Shown piece after piece: positions 40,956 to 51,476 of a stretch of 64,000 nt of DNA (position 1 is its first letter; the number at the start of each line of letters is the position of its first letter). The stretch covers positions 2,400,001 to 2,464,000 of the forward strand of contig CH464491.1 of NCBI GenBank assembly GCA_000002445.1. Reading direction: 5' to 3'. Made by a program: the position numbers and the translations under genes. The DNA comes from Trypanosoma brucei. Its lineage: Eukaryota. Under the pieces are notes generated by a model. The model had not been told where the DNA came from and did not search any database. It saw only the letters and a program-made list of their open reading frames with translations.

Positions 40956-42992
40956 GTGAGGTGGAGGCGGTTGAGTCGAGGTATGCAAAGATTGGCAGGG
41001 AAGCGGCAAAGGCAACATGAAGCAAGCGACCTTGTCCCCAAAAGTGCTGAACCCGCCAGAAGTAAAAATTCCAGGAACACTGCTTCTGAACCGGGCTCGG
41101 GTTCCCTCCGGCACAACTCCATAGGAGGGGGAGATATGATGTGGAAACGGAAAACAAAGGAACTTCGGGAGCAGATTGTTCAATTAGCCGCACTGTATGC
41201 AACGAAGGAACGTGAGACCGAAGAAGTCCAAGACGCCATAGAGGAAATGGTTGTCTCACACGAGGCGGAGTTAGCGGGTGTTGTAGCGGGTGACGAATCC
41301 CATAGGCGGCGGCACGTCGATGCACTCGTTCACTTGCGGGCCCGTGAGGACGGCTGCCATTCTGAAAGGCAGCGTGCCTTGGACGAAACGGTGGTATTGC
41401 AGCAGCAGCGTACAGAACTGGAGCGAGCGCATGACCGCCTTCGGGAAGATATCGTTATTCAATCTGATGCGTTAGAGCAGCTTCAAAGGGAAATTGAAGA
41501 ACAATCAGAAGAACTGTTAGAGGAACAGAGAAAACTAGATGCGATAGTGGAGCACCACAACCTCATGAGGGATGCTACCTACGGGTTTTCCGGGGAGGTC
41601 CAGGAAATAATGAGGGAACTGGAGCGCATCAAGGTTGACAAGGAAAGGGTTGAAAGAGCCGGAAAGCAGACGGAAATATTACGGCGTCAGCTGTATTCAC
41701 AATGTGAAGAGATGAAGGGAACGATCCGCGTGTACTGCCGCGTTAAGGGTGGCTTGAACTCGGAGTCGGTTGCAGCGGGTCCGGTTCCTGATGTGCGTAG
41801 TGGGAGCAGCAACCCTTGCGGTGATCCTGATTTATGCCTCTCTGAGACCCCTCGCGAAGACTCTGTTTCCTCGCGGAGCACGATGCAAACAACCGTGAGC
41901 GCCAACCCAGCATGTATTTATGCTTCAAAGGAAATAGGGCAGATCAGAAGGGATGCTCCGGTGGGACGATTTATTTTCCCGGACGGTGATGCGACTGAGA
42001 AACGGTCGATTTGTGTGTTGCTTTCACGTAACAACGCCACCTCAACGGGAAGGCAAGAGTCGAAGGAAACATTTACTTTCGACCGTGTCTTCGACGGCAC
42101 CGCTAGCCAAGAGGCTGTTTACGCTGATGTCGAGCCCCTCGTAAACTGCGCCGTTGATGGCTACCGGGTTTGCGTTTTCGCTTACGGCCAGACGGGCTCC
42201 GGCAAAACCTATTCCATGCAGGGTGACCAACACGACGGGCAGCGCTGCGGCATAACACCCAGGGCACTACGGACAGTGTTCAAGCGGCGGGAAGAGTTAG
42301 AGGCTGATGGGTGGAAGTACCAACTTAGCTGCTATTTTGTGGAAATATACAACGAGGTTATCAGAGATTTGCTGCAAGAAGCTTCCCTGTACGAGCCCGG
42401 TGGGGCCGCGGCTTCCCAGCCAAATTATCACATCATCAAGCAAAGTAACGAAACTGGTTCAACAAGCATAAGCGGTGTTACAGAGAAGCGTATCAACTCA
42501 TTTGAGGACTTTCGGCGTTTGTATGACATCGCGATGAAGAACCGTAGCACGGCGAAGACGATGATAAACGACAGATCGTCCCGTTCCCACTGTATTTTCG
42601 TGCTGCGTATTATGGGCGAACACGCTGGTATACGTCAACGCAGTGAGGGGTCACTTTGCATGGTGGATTTGGCCGGGAGCGAGCGAGTACATGAGTCTGG
42701 TGTGCAAGGGAAACAGTTCAAGGAAGCAGTGAACATCAACCGCAGTTTGCTCGACCTCGGAAAGTGCATCAGTGCTCTTAACAAATCTGGAAGTGTGGCT
42801 CCATGGCGTAACTGCAAGTTGACATATTTACTGCAAAACTACCTGGGCGCAAAGGGTGGGAAGATGCTAATGCTCGTCACTGTGTCCGATCAGGAGGAGC
42901 ACTTGACAGAAAGTATCAATTCCCTTCGCTTCGCCAAACGCGTTAATCAGACGGCCATTGGCCCCTCAACGAAGCGTGTCGGTAACTTCTAA
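40956..42992 (+). CDS. C-terminal-motor kinesin (kinesin-14-like)
   Basis: An N-terminal coiled-coil region (about residues 60-250) is followed by a GTIRVYCRVKG neck typical of minus-end kinesins. The motor has a P-loop FAYGQTGSGKTYSM, switch I SSRSHCIF and switch II VDLAGSER. The motor lies at the C-terminus. The exact start ATG is uncertain (40956, or a downstream Met). Confidence 0.85.
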   Translation: MRWRRLSRGMQRLAGKRQRQHEASDLVPKSAEPARSKNSRNTASEPGSGSLRHNSIGGGDMMWKRKTKELREQIVQLAALYATKERETEEVQDAIEEMVVSHEAELAGVVAGDESHRRRHVDALVHLRAREDGCHSERQRALDETVVLQQQRTELERAHDRLREDIVIQSDALEQLQREIEEQSEELLEEQRKLDAIVEHHNLMRDATYGFSGEVQEIMRELERIKVDKERVERAGKQTEILRRQLYSQCEEMKGTIRVYCRVKGGLNSESVAAGPVPDVRSGSSNPCGDPDLCLSETPREDSVSSRSTMQTTVSANPACIYASKEIGQIRRDAPVGRFIFPDGDATEKRSICVLLSRNNATSTGRQESKETFTFDRVFDGTASQEAVYADVEPLVNCAVDGYRVCVFAYGQTGSGKTYSMQGDQHDGQRCGITPRALRTVFKRREELEADGWKYQLSCYFVEIYNEVIRDLLQEASLYEPGGAAASQPNYHIIKQSNETGSTSISGVTEKRINSFEDFRRLYDIAMKNRSTAKTMINDRSSRSHCIFVLRIMGEHAGIRQRSEGSLCMVDLAGSERVHESGVQGKQFKEAVNINRSLLDLGKCISALNKSGSVAPWRNCKLTYLLQNYLGAKGGKMLMLVTVSDQEEHLTESINSLRFAKRVNQTAIGPSTKRVGNF

Positions 42993-43200
42993 AGAGATGC
43001 TGTGAAAGTTCTTCTTCTTCTTTGCCTCTCGTAGCCACTAGACTCACTGTCTCCTACATATTTCTTGTTACTGACCATGTTTGTGTTGAAACTATCGGCG
43101 CGCCTCTGCCCGTTTCCACGGAAAGGCGTGCTGCTCCAGACAGGGAGGATCAGTGAGGCAGCGGGTGCATCTGGTTGTGTCTCACCTCGATGTGCGAGGA

Positions 43201-43202
<2 letters not shown>

Positions 43203-43226
<24 letters not shown>
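43203..43226. repeat. (TA)12 microsatellite followed by (TG)n-rich stretch
   Basis: The run tatatatatatatatatatatata is in the spacer downstream of the kinesin gene. Confidence 0.95.
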
Positions 43227-43236
<10 letters not shown>

Positions 43237-43792
43237 CGTATGTTCTCTTATTAGTACATCACACTATCAGAGCGGACGTAAATCAGGCCTATATTTCGCC
43301 GGTTGGTGACCTTGGACCTGGCCAAAGAGTTTCTTCCGCCTTCTTATCATCGGGGATACGTGGTGTGTAAAATCAGTTTGCCCTACATGTCGGTACAGCA
43401 CCGCTGGAAATGGTAATTGCAGTACCGTTTTTGAATGCAGCAAGCGCACCTTTCGCTAAAACTTGGTCGACGTGTCGATGGCTACTTGTTCCCCTTGGCT
43501 TTTTCCGAATGGCGATCCCGAAAAAGGGGGGATAACGAAAGGTCGGACAGTGCTTTTACCCTTGATATTACCACATGTTTCCCTGCCCGTGCAACTCTGT
43601 CTTTTCCCTTTCTTTTCCTGTGGTGCAGTGAGGCAACCAAACAAGAATAAAAAGAAAGCGATTTTAAGGGAAGCAGGGAAGATAGTTCAAAGGGGTTGGA
43701 AAGGAAGAAAAGGCCAAGCACGAAGGGGAAGCTTCTGGCTCAGTGGGAGGCATATCGAGTACGGAAGCATCGACCCAAAGGAGTCGTAACAA

Positions 43793-46102
43793 ATGCTGCC
43801 TTGCCCAAGCGAAGGCACAACCCGTGATCTTCAAGGGGCGTGGTTTGGTGCAGCTACAGATTGTTGTTCAGATCACAATCCTTCAAGTGTTTACTCCGAC
43901 GATGGGCAGGCGCAGAATCCCGAAACCAACTTTTTGGATGAAAAAAGCGGTTGTGCTGGTGGAAGCGCGTGGGCAAAACTAACATCGGTTATCCCAGAAT
44001 TCAATGAAGGCAATGAAGAACTCCCTGAGCTTCCCGCATGTGTAGAGAAGCTCGGGCTGAGTCCCCTTGAGCAAAAGGTCTTTTCCTGGATGAGGGAGCA
44101 AGAAGAAAAACCATGGAGTTGTGAAATTTCCACCTTACTTCCCGAGGGTGCATCGCCTGTGGGGGAGCAAGTGGAGCAGGATAGGGCTAAAGGCGGTATA
44201 CTATTCGGTATCGGCAGTGATAAGCTGATGGCACCCCTGCGTGCGCTGCGTGAGGTCGATCATCAGAGAAGCCACTCTACACTGGAAACCACCGTTTGCA
44301 TCGATGGTGGTCCAATGCTTGTGTTGTGTAAGAAACGCCACGTACGGCGGTTAATGGAGATTCTGCATCATGATGGCGCCCACTCACTTTCCCGGGTTTT
44401 GGCTTACACCGGCCGAGGAAACGTTCACTTGACACCGACCCAGATAGGTTCGGATTATGATTATGTACTCTCAACGTACAGTACACTTCGGCGTGAGCCT
44501 GATCCGAGGTCCGAACTCCCAGGGAAACTGTACCTGGTCCACTGGAGGCGTGTTGTGCTTTTCGAGCCGTACTTCTTGTGTGACTTCACTCGCACTGAGA
44601 GCTACTTGTGCACTGAGTTGCAGGCAGACGCTCGGTGGATCTTCTGTGGAGAACGGTTTGTAATGCAAACACATAAACTCTACGGGTTTGTTCGTTTCTT
44701 GAACGAGCCGTCGTTAAAGTCATGGGTATTTTGGAGTGAACGAGTGGCGGACAAGAAGGGAGTGGATCGTTCGGTTTTCGATTCTGATAAAAACACGGAG
44801 CTGAAACGAGTGCTCTCTACAATGTGTCGTCAGACCCGGCGGGCATGCCTAATAAGGGAGGGTGGCCGAGGCGCCAACAGTATGAATGTGATTAAAGTCA
44901 ACCTAACGGAGGAGGAGAAGGAGTTCTACAACGCTACATTTGACAGGGCGGTGAGTAGTGTCTCCTCTTCAACTGATCAGCAAACGTCGTGCCTCCCGGT
45001 ACTCGAAATCATCAACTTGTGCCGTCTCATTACCCTTCATTTGTATGTTGGTCGGGAGACTTTTCAACGGATGAGCCCCCCGCCCCTCACTCCAGAAGAA
45101 CGCGAGGAGCAGCTAACGTCATTTTTCGACCTGCTTGCCAACGACGGATTGCGCGAGCGTGCATTCACCACAGAACTGAGGAATAAGTTACGAAGTGGAG
45201 TTCTTGACGAAGAATGTGGCATTTGTTTTTTGAGGATTAACACGCCTGGAATCCTTAACTGTGCGCACTATTTTTGCGTGGGATGCATTGACAAAATCAA
45301 GAAAAGCGGTCGCCCATACTGCCCCAATTGCAGAACTGTGCTAAATCATCGGACTGTCGTTCCACCCGGGTTGCTCAAGTGCCCTGAGGACGAACCTGTA
45401 CCGAGTGACTTTTCCCAGTGGGGTCCGAGCTCCAAGGCCGAGGTACTTGTCGAGAACTTGAAGAAACTCTCTGGCGACCACAGGGCGATTGTATTTGGTT
45501 GTTCAAGTCAATTCTTTCAATATTTGCAATGGTACCTGCGGCAACATGGGATGGATACTTACACTTTTGGCAGCTGCAAGGGACTGCAAGAAGTGAAAAG
45601 AGTACAACAATGGTTGGACAGCGGTGCCCAAGGGGCGAGTGCGGAGAGGAATGATGAAAGCAAGCATCTACCTCGTGTTCTGCTCGTCCTATTAACCGAC
45701 TGCGACGAAGACGTGCGCTTCAAGGGTATAACCCACTGCTTCTTCATGCACGCGACGTGGTGTCCCATTATCGAGCATCATGCTCTTCAATGCATTGAAC
45801 ATTGTGACGAGGAGAAAGAGTTGGAGGTGGTGAAGATTTTAGCAAATGTTGGGTTAGAACAGACAATTGATGAACTGTGCCAGAGGAAGCGGAGTGACGG
45901 TTCCGATGATTATATTACCTCAGCCGAGGTGTTTGAGGTGTTTAACGAAACTGCCAACGTCAATGATTTCATGGTTCGTACCACCACACAGGTTCCGCAA
46001 AACGAAGAGGGCGAGAACAACGAAGAGGGCGAGAACAACGAAGAGGGCTACGAGAGTGACGAAGAGTACGAGGGCGACGAAGAGGATGGTGATAATCAGT
46101 GA
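43793..46102 (+). CDS. RING-finger protein with degenerate SNF2/RAD5-type helicase-like regions (probable pseudo-ATPase) and acidic tandem-repeat tail
   Basis: A C3HC4 RING is present (CGICFLRINTPGILNCAHYFCVGCIDKIKKSGRPYCPNCR). Upstream there is an SNF2 motif III/IV-like remnant (ARWIFCGERFVMQTHKLYGFVRFLNEPS, compare RWxLTGTPIQNxLxELxSLLxFL). Downstream there is a helicase-C-like block (HRAIVFGCSSQFFQYLQWYLRQHGMDTYTFGS; QCIEHCDEEKELEVVKIL in place of QAxDRxHRIGQ). No Walker A (GKT) or DExH box is present in the 769 aa. Confidence 0.65.
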   Translation: MLPCPSEGTTRDLQGAWFGAATDCCSDHNPSSVYSDDGQAQNPETNFLDEKSGCAGGSAWAKLTSVIPEFNEGNEELPELPACVEKLGLSPLEQKVFSWMREQEEKPWSCEISTLLPEGASPVGEQVEQDRAKGGILFGIGSDKLMAPLRALREVDHQRSHSTLETTVCIDGGPMLVLCKKRHVRRLMEILHHDGAHSLSRVLAYTGRGNVHLTPTQIGSDYDYVLSTYSTLRREPDPRSELPGKLYLVHWRRVVLFEPYFLCDFTRTESYLCTELQADARWIFCGERFVMQTHKLYGFVRFLNEPSLKSWVFWSERVADKKGVDRSVFDSDKNTELKRVLSTMCRQTRRACLIREGGRGANSMNVIKVNLTEEEKEFYNATFDRAVSSVSSSTDQQTSCLPVLEIINLCRLITLHLYVGRETFQRMSPPPLTPEEREEQLTSFFDLLANDGLRERAFTTELRNKLRSGVLDEECGICFLRINTPGILNCAHYFCVGCIDKIKKSGRPYCPNCRTVLNHRTVVPPGLLKCPEDEPVPSDFSQWGPSSKAEVLVENLKKLSGDHRAIVFGCSSQFFQYLQWYLRQHGMDTYTFGSCKGLQEVKRVQQWLDSGAQGASAERNDESKHLPRVLLVLLTDCDEDVRFKGITHCFFMHATWCPIIEHHALQCIEHCDEEKELEVVKILANVGLEQTIDELCQRKRSDGSDDYITSAEVFEVFNETANVNDFMVRTTTQVPQNEEGENNEEGENNEEGYESDEEYEGDEEDGDNQ
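46001..46048 (+). repeat. In-frame 18-bp tandem repeat (aacgaagagggcgagaac, 2.7 copies) encoding NEEGEN repeats
   Basis: The sequence aacgaagagggcgagaac aacgaagagggcgagaac aacgaagagggc forms the C-terminal tail of the RING/SNF2-like CDS. Confidence 0.9.
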
Positions 46103-47405
46103 AGCGAATTCCAGCGATGATGGTTAGAGGGGCGGGTCCTTGCGACTTTAACATGTGTCCGCTACCCTCCCCCACCCCGTTCTAGTATTCTCTCATGGTG
46201 GGAAGCATAGTGTGGAAACATCTGTGAAGGTTTCTCCTTACAGTAATTCTTTTTAGTTTTGTTACTTTGAAACTGATTTTTATTTTATTTGGTGATCACT
46301 CCATACGCAGGCGGTGTGAGGTGCGAGGGGGTCGCCCCCTCCTCCACTGGCAGCACAGCCTAACACGAGGCTACCTGTATTGCTTGCACGTGCAGATGCT
46401 TTTATTTTTTAAAAAAAAAAATACTTGCCGTTGGTTTGGGGAAAGGTTCTGGGGAGGGGTTGGCAGAAGGTGGTTCGGGTTGGGTTTAAGCAAACTGCTT
46501 ATTAGCAGAGGCTTCTGTTCCTTGTGATAGGTGAGAAGCATTTTTTGTTATTTTTTTGTGCTTCGTTTAAGATAGCGGTATTACCCTCTGCTCAATGTAA
46601 TCTTTTTGAAGCGTTGGTGCCGCCGCTTAAATGCGTAAGTAAACAAATGTGCAAAACATATGCAAAATTGCTCTCTTTTATCTCGACTTTCTAAGTCGTG
46701 CCTTTACATTGGACTTAAACTATTATCTTCCACCTCCCGATATTTTCTTTTCTCCGTTGTCATTTTACACCGGACTATTTCCCCGCCTTCTGAAAAAAAC
46801 GCTATCCACGCGTGACGCCATTTCTACCGCCTTTTCCTCGTCATCCTAAGTGACAGTTGGAACAGTGCTGGTTGACCTTTTCTCATATGCTTCGATTTCT
46901 GTCTTGTGCTTATATATGCACGTGGTGAAGGGGAGCGAGTGACTCGGTGTACTTTACGGAGGGAAGGGGATTTAGTGACGATGGTAATATAATATTCTCG
47001 CGATCACTCAGGGGGGAAGGTTGTGGTTAGCTGTGCCGTCTCCCTTAACCTTAGCCTTTTGTCGGTGCTCACTTTTAGACTCGCTGTGTCAGCACTTGTT
47101 TACGCCACTTCTTCGGCTTTTCTTCCGTTTTTTTAATTTTTTTCCCCTTTCGTCGTTCCATGCCATTTGGACGGCTACTTAACGAGTATCAATTATTTCA
47201 ACTGGGTGGAGGAAGGATTTAACCAACAAGAGAGAAAGAACAAATAGAGCTCAAACAAGGCACATACATAAACCGCAAGCAGGTGTGGTGTGTGCACACA
47301 TATACACTCATTACGCCGATATAGACTCTAGCGCACAAGTAAGCAGAAAAATAGTTTACACATCAAATCGAAGGAAGTCGGAAAGTTACTTTTATTCATC
47401 ACTTC

Positions 47406-48797
47406 ATGCAGCAGCCATCACAACAACAGATTCAACCAATCGATTCCTTGTCGCCATTCCTTGGCGGCAAGTGGTGGATTCGCGCTCGCGTGACGGACAA
47501 GTCTGAAATACGAACGTGGAATAAACCAACCTCACAGGGGAAGCTGTTTTCTTTTACGCTCATTGACGAGTCTGCTTCTATCCGAGCGACGGTATTCAAT
47601 GAGGCCGTCGACATGTTCAATCCCCTCATAGTGAACGGACAGGTTTACTACTTTAGTGGGGGTCAGGTAAAAAATGCCAACCGTAAGTTCAGTAATGTGA
47701 ATAATGACTACGAGTTGAGCTTTGACAACACCTGTCAAATATCAGCAGCAAGGGATGTCGTTAGCTCGTCGATTCCCCTACAGCGGTATAACTTTGTGCC
47801 AATTGCCATCCTCAAGCAACGAGAAGTCGGTTCTTTAGTCGACGTGCTGGCTGTTGTGTTGAATGTGGAGGAATTGGGCACCATCGTACAGAGATCAACT
47901 GGTCGTGAGTTGGTCAGACGCACCGTGAAGGTTGCCGATTCCACCGCGGGGATTGACGTCACCCTGTGGAACGAAAACGCCAAAGAGTGGCCACATCAAC
48001 CTGGCACCGTACTGGCAATGCGGCAACTTAAGGTGGGGAGTTTTGATGGTGTAACGCTCTCCACAACAATGCAGTCATCGTTTGATGTTAATCCAAACAT
48101 CCCTGACGTGAAGAAGCTTCGTGAATGGTTTGAATCTACGGGTGGACGGGACGTCAGTTCACTTTCAATGCAGGGAAATAATGCTTTGGGGCTCGCGAGC
48201 AGTGGAGAAACCTACCGCGGCTACAAGTACATTGATGACATAACGACTGAGGGGCTCGGAAAAGGCCCGAAGCCGGACTACATCGATTTGCGTTGCGTTC
48301 CTGTTTACCTCAAACAGGATACACAGTGGTACGATGCCTGTCCACAATGCAACAAGAAAGTGATGCTCGAAGGGGCAATGGGTGATCGCTTCCGTTGTGA
48401 GAAATGTGACCAATCTATTGTACCAACACAACGGTACTTGGTGTCTATTCAAGTCACAGATAACGTTTCGCAGGTGTGGCTCACGCTCTTTAATGAGTCG
48501 GGAGCCGAGTTCTTTGGCATGACGGCTCCTGAACTAAAAAGACGTCAGGAGGAGGATCCCATGTTTGTGACAAAAGTGGCCCAGATGCGCATGAACCGTC
48601 CTGTGCTCATGCGTCTTCGTGTGAAGGAGGAGGGTCTCGGTGGCAATGAAGATTCGGAAAGGGTGCGCTTAAATGTTGTGCGCATTACGGAGTTTATGCC
48701 GCTGGACACCGTGACGGAGGATAAGCGACAAGCCATGGCGGCACAACTGCGGCAGGAGTGCGACGAAATGATTAAATGCATTAATGCCTACTTGTAA
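47406..48797 (+). CDS. RPA1: Replication protein A large subunit (RPA1/RPA70), short kinetoplastid form lacking the 70N domain
   Basis: 463 aa. Its OB-fold DNA-binding domains include the DBD-C zinc ribbon CPQCNKKVMLEGAMGDRFRCEKCDQ followed by YLVSIQVTDNVSQVWLTLFNESGAEFFG, which is highly characteristic of RPA70. The N-terminus (GGKWWIRARVTDKSEIRTWNKPTSQGKLFSFTLIDESASIRATVFNEAVD) is an OB fold of DBD-A type. Confidence 0.9.
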   Translation: MQQPSQQQIQPIDSLSPFLGGKWWIRARVTDKSEIRTWNKPTSQGKLFSFTLIDESASIRATVFNEAVDMFNPLIVNGQVYYFSGGQVKNANRKFSNVNNDYELSFDNTCQISAARDVVSSSIPLQRYNFVPIAILKQREVGSLVDVLAVVLNVEELGTIVQRSTGRELVRRTVKVADSTAGIDVTLWNENAKEWPHQPGTVLAMRQLKVGSFDGVTLSTTMQSSFDVNPNIPDVKKLREWFESTGGRDVSSLSMQGNNALGLASSGETYRGYKYIDDITTEGLGKGPKPDYIDLRCVPVYLKQDTQWYDACPQCNKKVMLEGAMGDRFRCEKCDQSIVPTQRYLVSIQVTDNVSQVWLTLFNESGAEFFGMTAPELKRRQEEDPMFVTKVAQMRMNRPVLMRLRVKEEGLGGNEDSERVRLNVVRITEFMPLDTVTEDKRQAMAAQLRQECDEMIKCINAYL

Positions 48798-49663
48798 GGC
48801 CTTCACCATCAAACTGGATTTGAGAGCAGCCGATTGATTTCATTTGGCGCGGTGTGTTCTCAGGCCAACGGGAACCAGCCCCGGAGTTGAAGGACAAGCG
48901 AGTGATTGAGTGGGTATCTTTTTGTACGCTGAGTAAGGGGGAGGGGTGAGGGTAAATTTTTTGACAGAAATAACCAGATGCGTCATGGATTTTCGTCCTG
49001 TACCAGGCAAAAGAACTCGTGATAAAATAATTAGCTAAATCGAATGAAAGAGGAGCCGGAGAATGCCGAATGGGAGAAATTCACATGGACAAATGAGGCG
49101 ATGAATATTATAGACCCAGTGGGTGCATTGGAAGAGAAGGCGGCGAGGGATTTTCCAATCTCTGCTGAGCGCCCTCAGTTCTTCTCCTATGACGTCGTCA
49201 ACGGAAGTTGTGCGGGGCTAGAAAGTGGCTGCAAACATTTCAACCTCGCTTCCAGGTGCATTAAACCCCTGCAGATGTGGAGGGATAGTGTGGCGGCTTC
49301 GTTACTGGTATTGTTTTTCACTGTATAACTCATAGTTATTGAGAAGGGGAAGGGGGGAAGTATCACTACTGCCACGAGCGTTTTCTGATGTTGCGTGCTC
49401 AGCTGTTTTTTCTTCTATATTTTTTTAAATCTTTTCTTTCTACATGGCACTTTCGCCACATATGATATATGAGGAGGCGCATATGAAAGGGGACTTTGAG
49501 CGCCGTCGCAGGCCGGTTCGGGCAGTTGCTACTGCGTCAATCCAGCGTGACACGACTGATATTTCGCGTGAACGCAATCTTTTACGCAGCTCTTCTTTCT
49601 CAACCGCTCCCATTACGACCCATGCCGTGCAAGTGAACTAAAATAGGTAGGAAATAATTAGCA

Positions 49664-50188
49664 ATGAGGAGTAGCCGGGGTATTTTGTTCCTTAGTGGAG
49701 CTTTCGCCATACGTGGCATGTCTGCATACCACAGCTATCAACGGCTTGACACAGTATCCCACACCAGCAAGGTGTACTCACTCCAAATGCAGCGGCAGAC
49801 CGTACACTTCACCCCCATAACTCGACTTGGTGTAGAGGCAACTGCAAACCCGACAACAGCCACTAATGCAACAGGGCAGACGGGGGATGGCGACGGGGCC
49901 ACTGCCCTGGACGTGGCAATGCGTGTTAACAAACTCAAACGCCTCCACCAAACGGGAGGTGGGCCCAGTGGAAAGAAGCAGGTCGAGTTGGATGCTTGGC
50001 GAGACCTGAACAACCTCACCGAGGCACAGATAAATTCTGCTGAAGGAAAGGCGGTGTCGTTACTGCTTAATTCGTGGGCGTACTTCGCTAAGTACTGGGA
50101 AAAGGGTGCTGAAGGACCGTCTGCCAGCCTCTCTGAAGTCACTCCCTCCAATGATAGCAGTAGTGCGGGTGAACACGGTACACAGTAA
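49664..50188 (+). CDS. Small hypothetical protein (174 aa), possible mitochondrial presequence
   Basis: It is the only + strand ORF longer than 150 aa in the 1.4-kb gap between RPA1 and the next large gene. The N-terminus is MRSSRGILFLSGAFAIRGMSAYH (basic and hydroxylated, no acidic residues). I recognise no domain, so this could be non-coding. Confidence 0.35.
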   Translation: MRSSRGILFLSGAFAIRGMSAYHSYQRLDTVSHTSKVYSLQMQRQTVHFTPITRLGVEATANPTTATNATGQTGDGDGATALDVAMRVNKLKRLHQTGGGPSGKKQVELDAWRDLNNLTEAQINSAEGKAVSLLLNSWAYFAKYWEKGAEGPSASLSEVTPSNDSSSAGEHGTQ

Positions 50189-50764
50189 ACCCGTGTGGAT
50201 TTCCACCATACATTACTCTATGCACGGTGACGACGGTGTGAAGGGATAATGGGGGGGGGGAATCAGAAATGCAAACAAAGAGTGATAGGGAAGAAAGATA
50301 AGCGATGTCTTAAGTGCGCGTTCGGATGCATCCGGTGGAGGGGGGCTCAACCTTAGTCCTTCATATGAACTTTGTTGGATGTTGAAATTGTTAATGCTAT
50401 ATAAGGAGCATGAGGAAGGTCGTTGAACCATGATTAGGGTATGCACAATATTGAGAAGGGGCGGTATATGTAATATGGAAATGGTCCGACGGAGGGTGGG
50501 GGAGAAGAAGAGGAACCACTGCAAACTGCCGGTTGGGGGAACTTGTGGTGCTTGCGGAGCCACCGCCATTTTGGTGTATCCATCGATGCTTTAACTTGTT
50601 AGTGCTGCTTCAATGCGTTAAGCAAGTGAAATGACTTCAAAAGGTGGTGCCTATGCGGGTGATGATTTGGGTGCTTTGAGGCCGTTTTACCCGCCTCCCC
50701 TACGATTTGTCGTTTCCTGTTATTTGTATCACCTTCAAACCCCTTTCTTAGCCGCGGTCGTGCT

Positions 50765-50766
<2 letters not shown>

Positions 50767-50797
<31 letters not shown>
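50767..50797. repeat. (AT)15 microsatellite
   Basis: The run atatatatatatatatatatatatatatat is in the spacer 50189..51203. Confidence 0.95.
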
Positions 50798-50800
<3 letters not shown>

Positions 50801-51237
50801 TGCCCGTGAATGTGGGGCTCGTGTGTGTAAGCTAATATGTGACAGGAGTATTGAATTCTCATTTTGTTTATTCACACAGAACAAAGGGATGAAGTGGAGA
50901 TGGTAAATAACGATAAAGTCAAAGAAATGACGTGCCAGTGTCTACTCTTGAGTACGGAGAAGGGGCGCCTAGACCGTTGTAGCGTGCCTTCGTGTTTTCC
51001 CCCCTTTCCATTCGTTATTCTTTCAAAACTTTTTTGTTTCCCATCTACTGTATTGGAGTGGCATCAGAGACAGATGTGTTTGCACGCAAAGGGGGAGGGC
51101 GCAACGGAGGATTGAGAGGAGGATGACGGTGTGTCGTGGACGGTTTCGCTTTCCGCAGTTTGACTCCTATCGTGCCCTGTTCCACATTTTCCACCTGTGA
51201 CAAATGGAAGGTGCGCATTCGCTTAATTTCCCCTTCA

Positions 51238-51258
51238 GTGTGTGTGTGTGTGTGTGTG
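51238..51258. repeat. (GT)10 microsatellite
   Basis: The run gtgtgtgtgtgtgtgtgtgtg lies inside the 5' over-extension of the 1819-codon ORF model. Confidence 0.95.
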
Positions 51259-51476
51259 CTCACTTTCATTTCACAGGTTTACTAACCCTGTCATTATTGT
51301 TCCCATTTTTCTTGACCTCGCCGTCGCTCACGTCTGTTGCTTTAGCAGTTGATACATCCCGCTCTGCTTGTCTACCGAGTTCCACTGGGGGTGGTGAAAC
51401 GGGAAGGTGCGAGAAAAGCGCCACCAAGAGAGAAGGGCAAAAAGAAACAGCGTTTCTACAGGGAGGCGCCGAAGAA

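Noticed and set aside
49044-49641. Small + strand ORFs (94 aa and 65 aa) between RPA1 and the 174-aa ORF
   Set aside because: They are short, lack motifs and lie where the RPA1 3' UTR is expected. They are likely non-coding.
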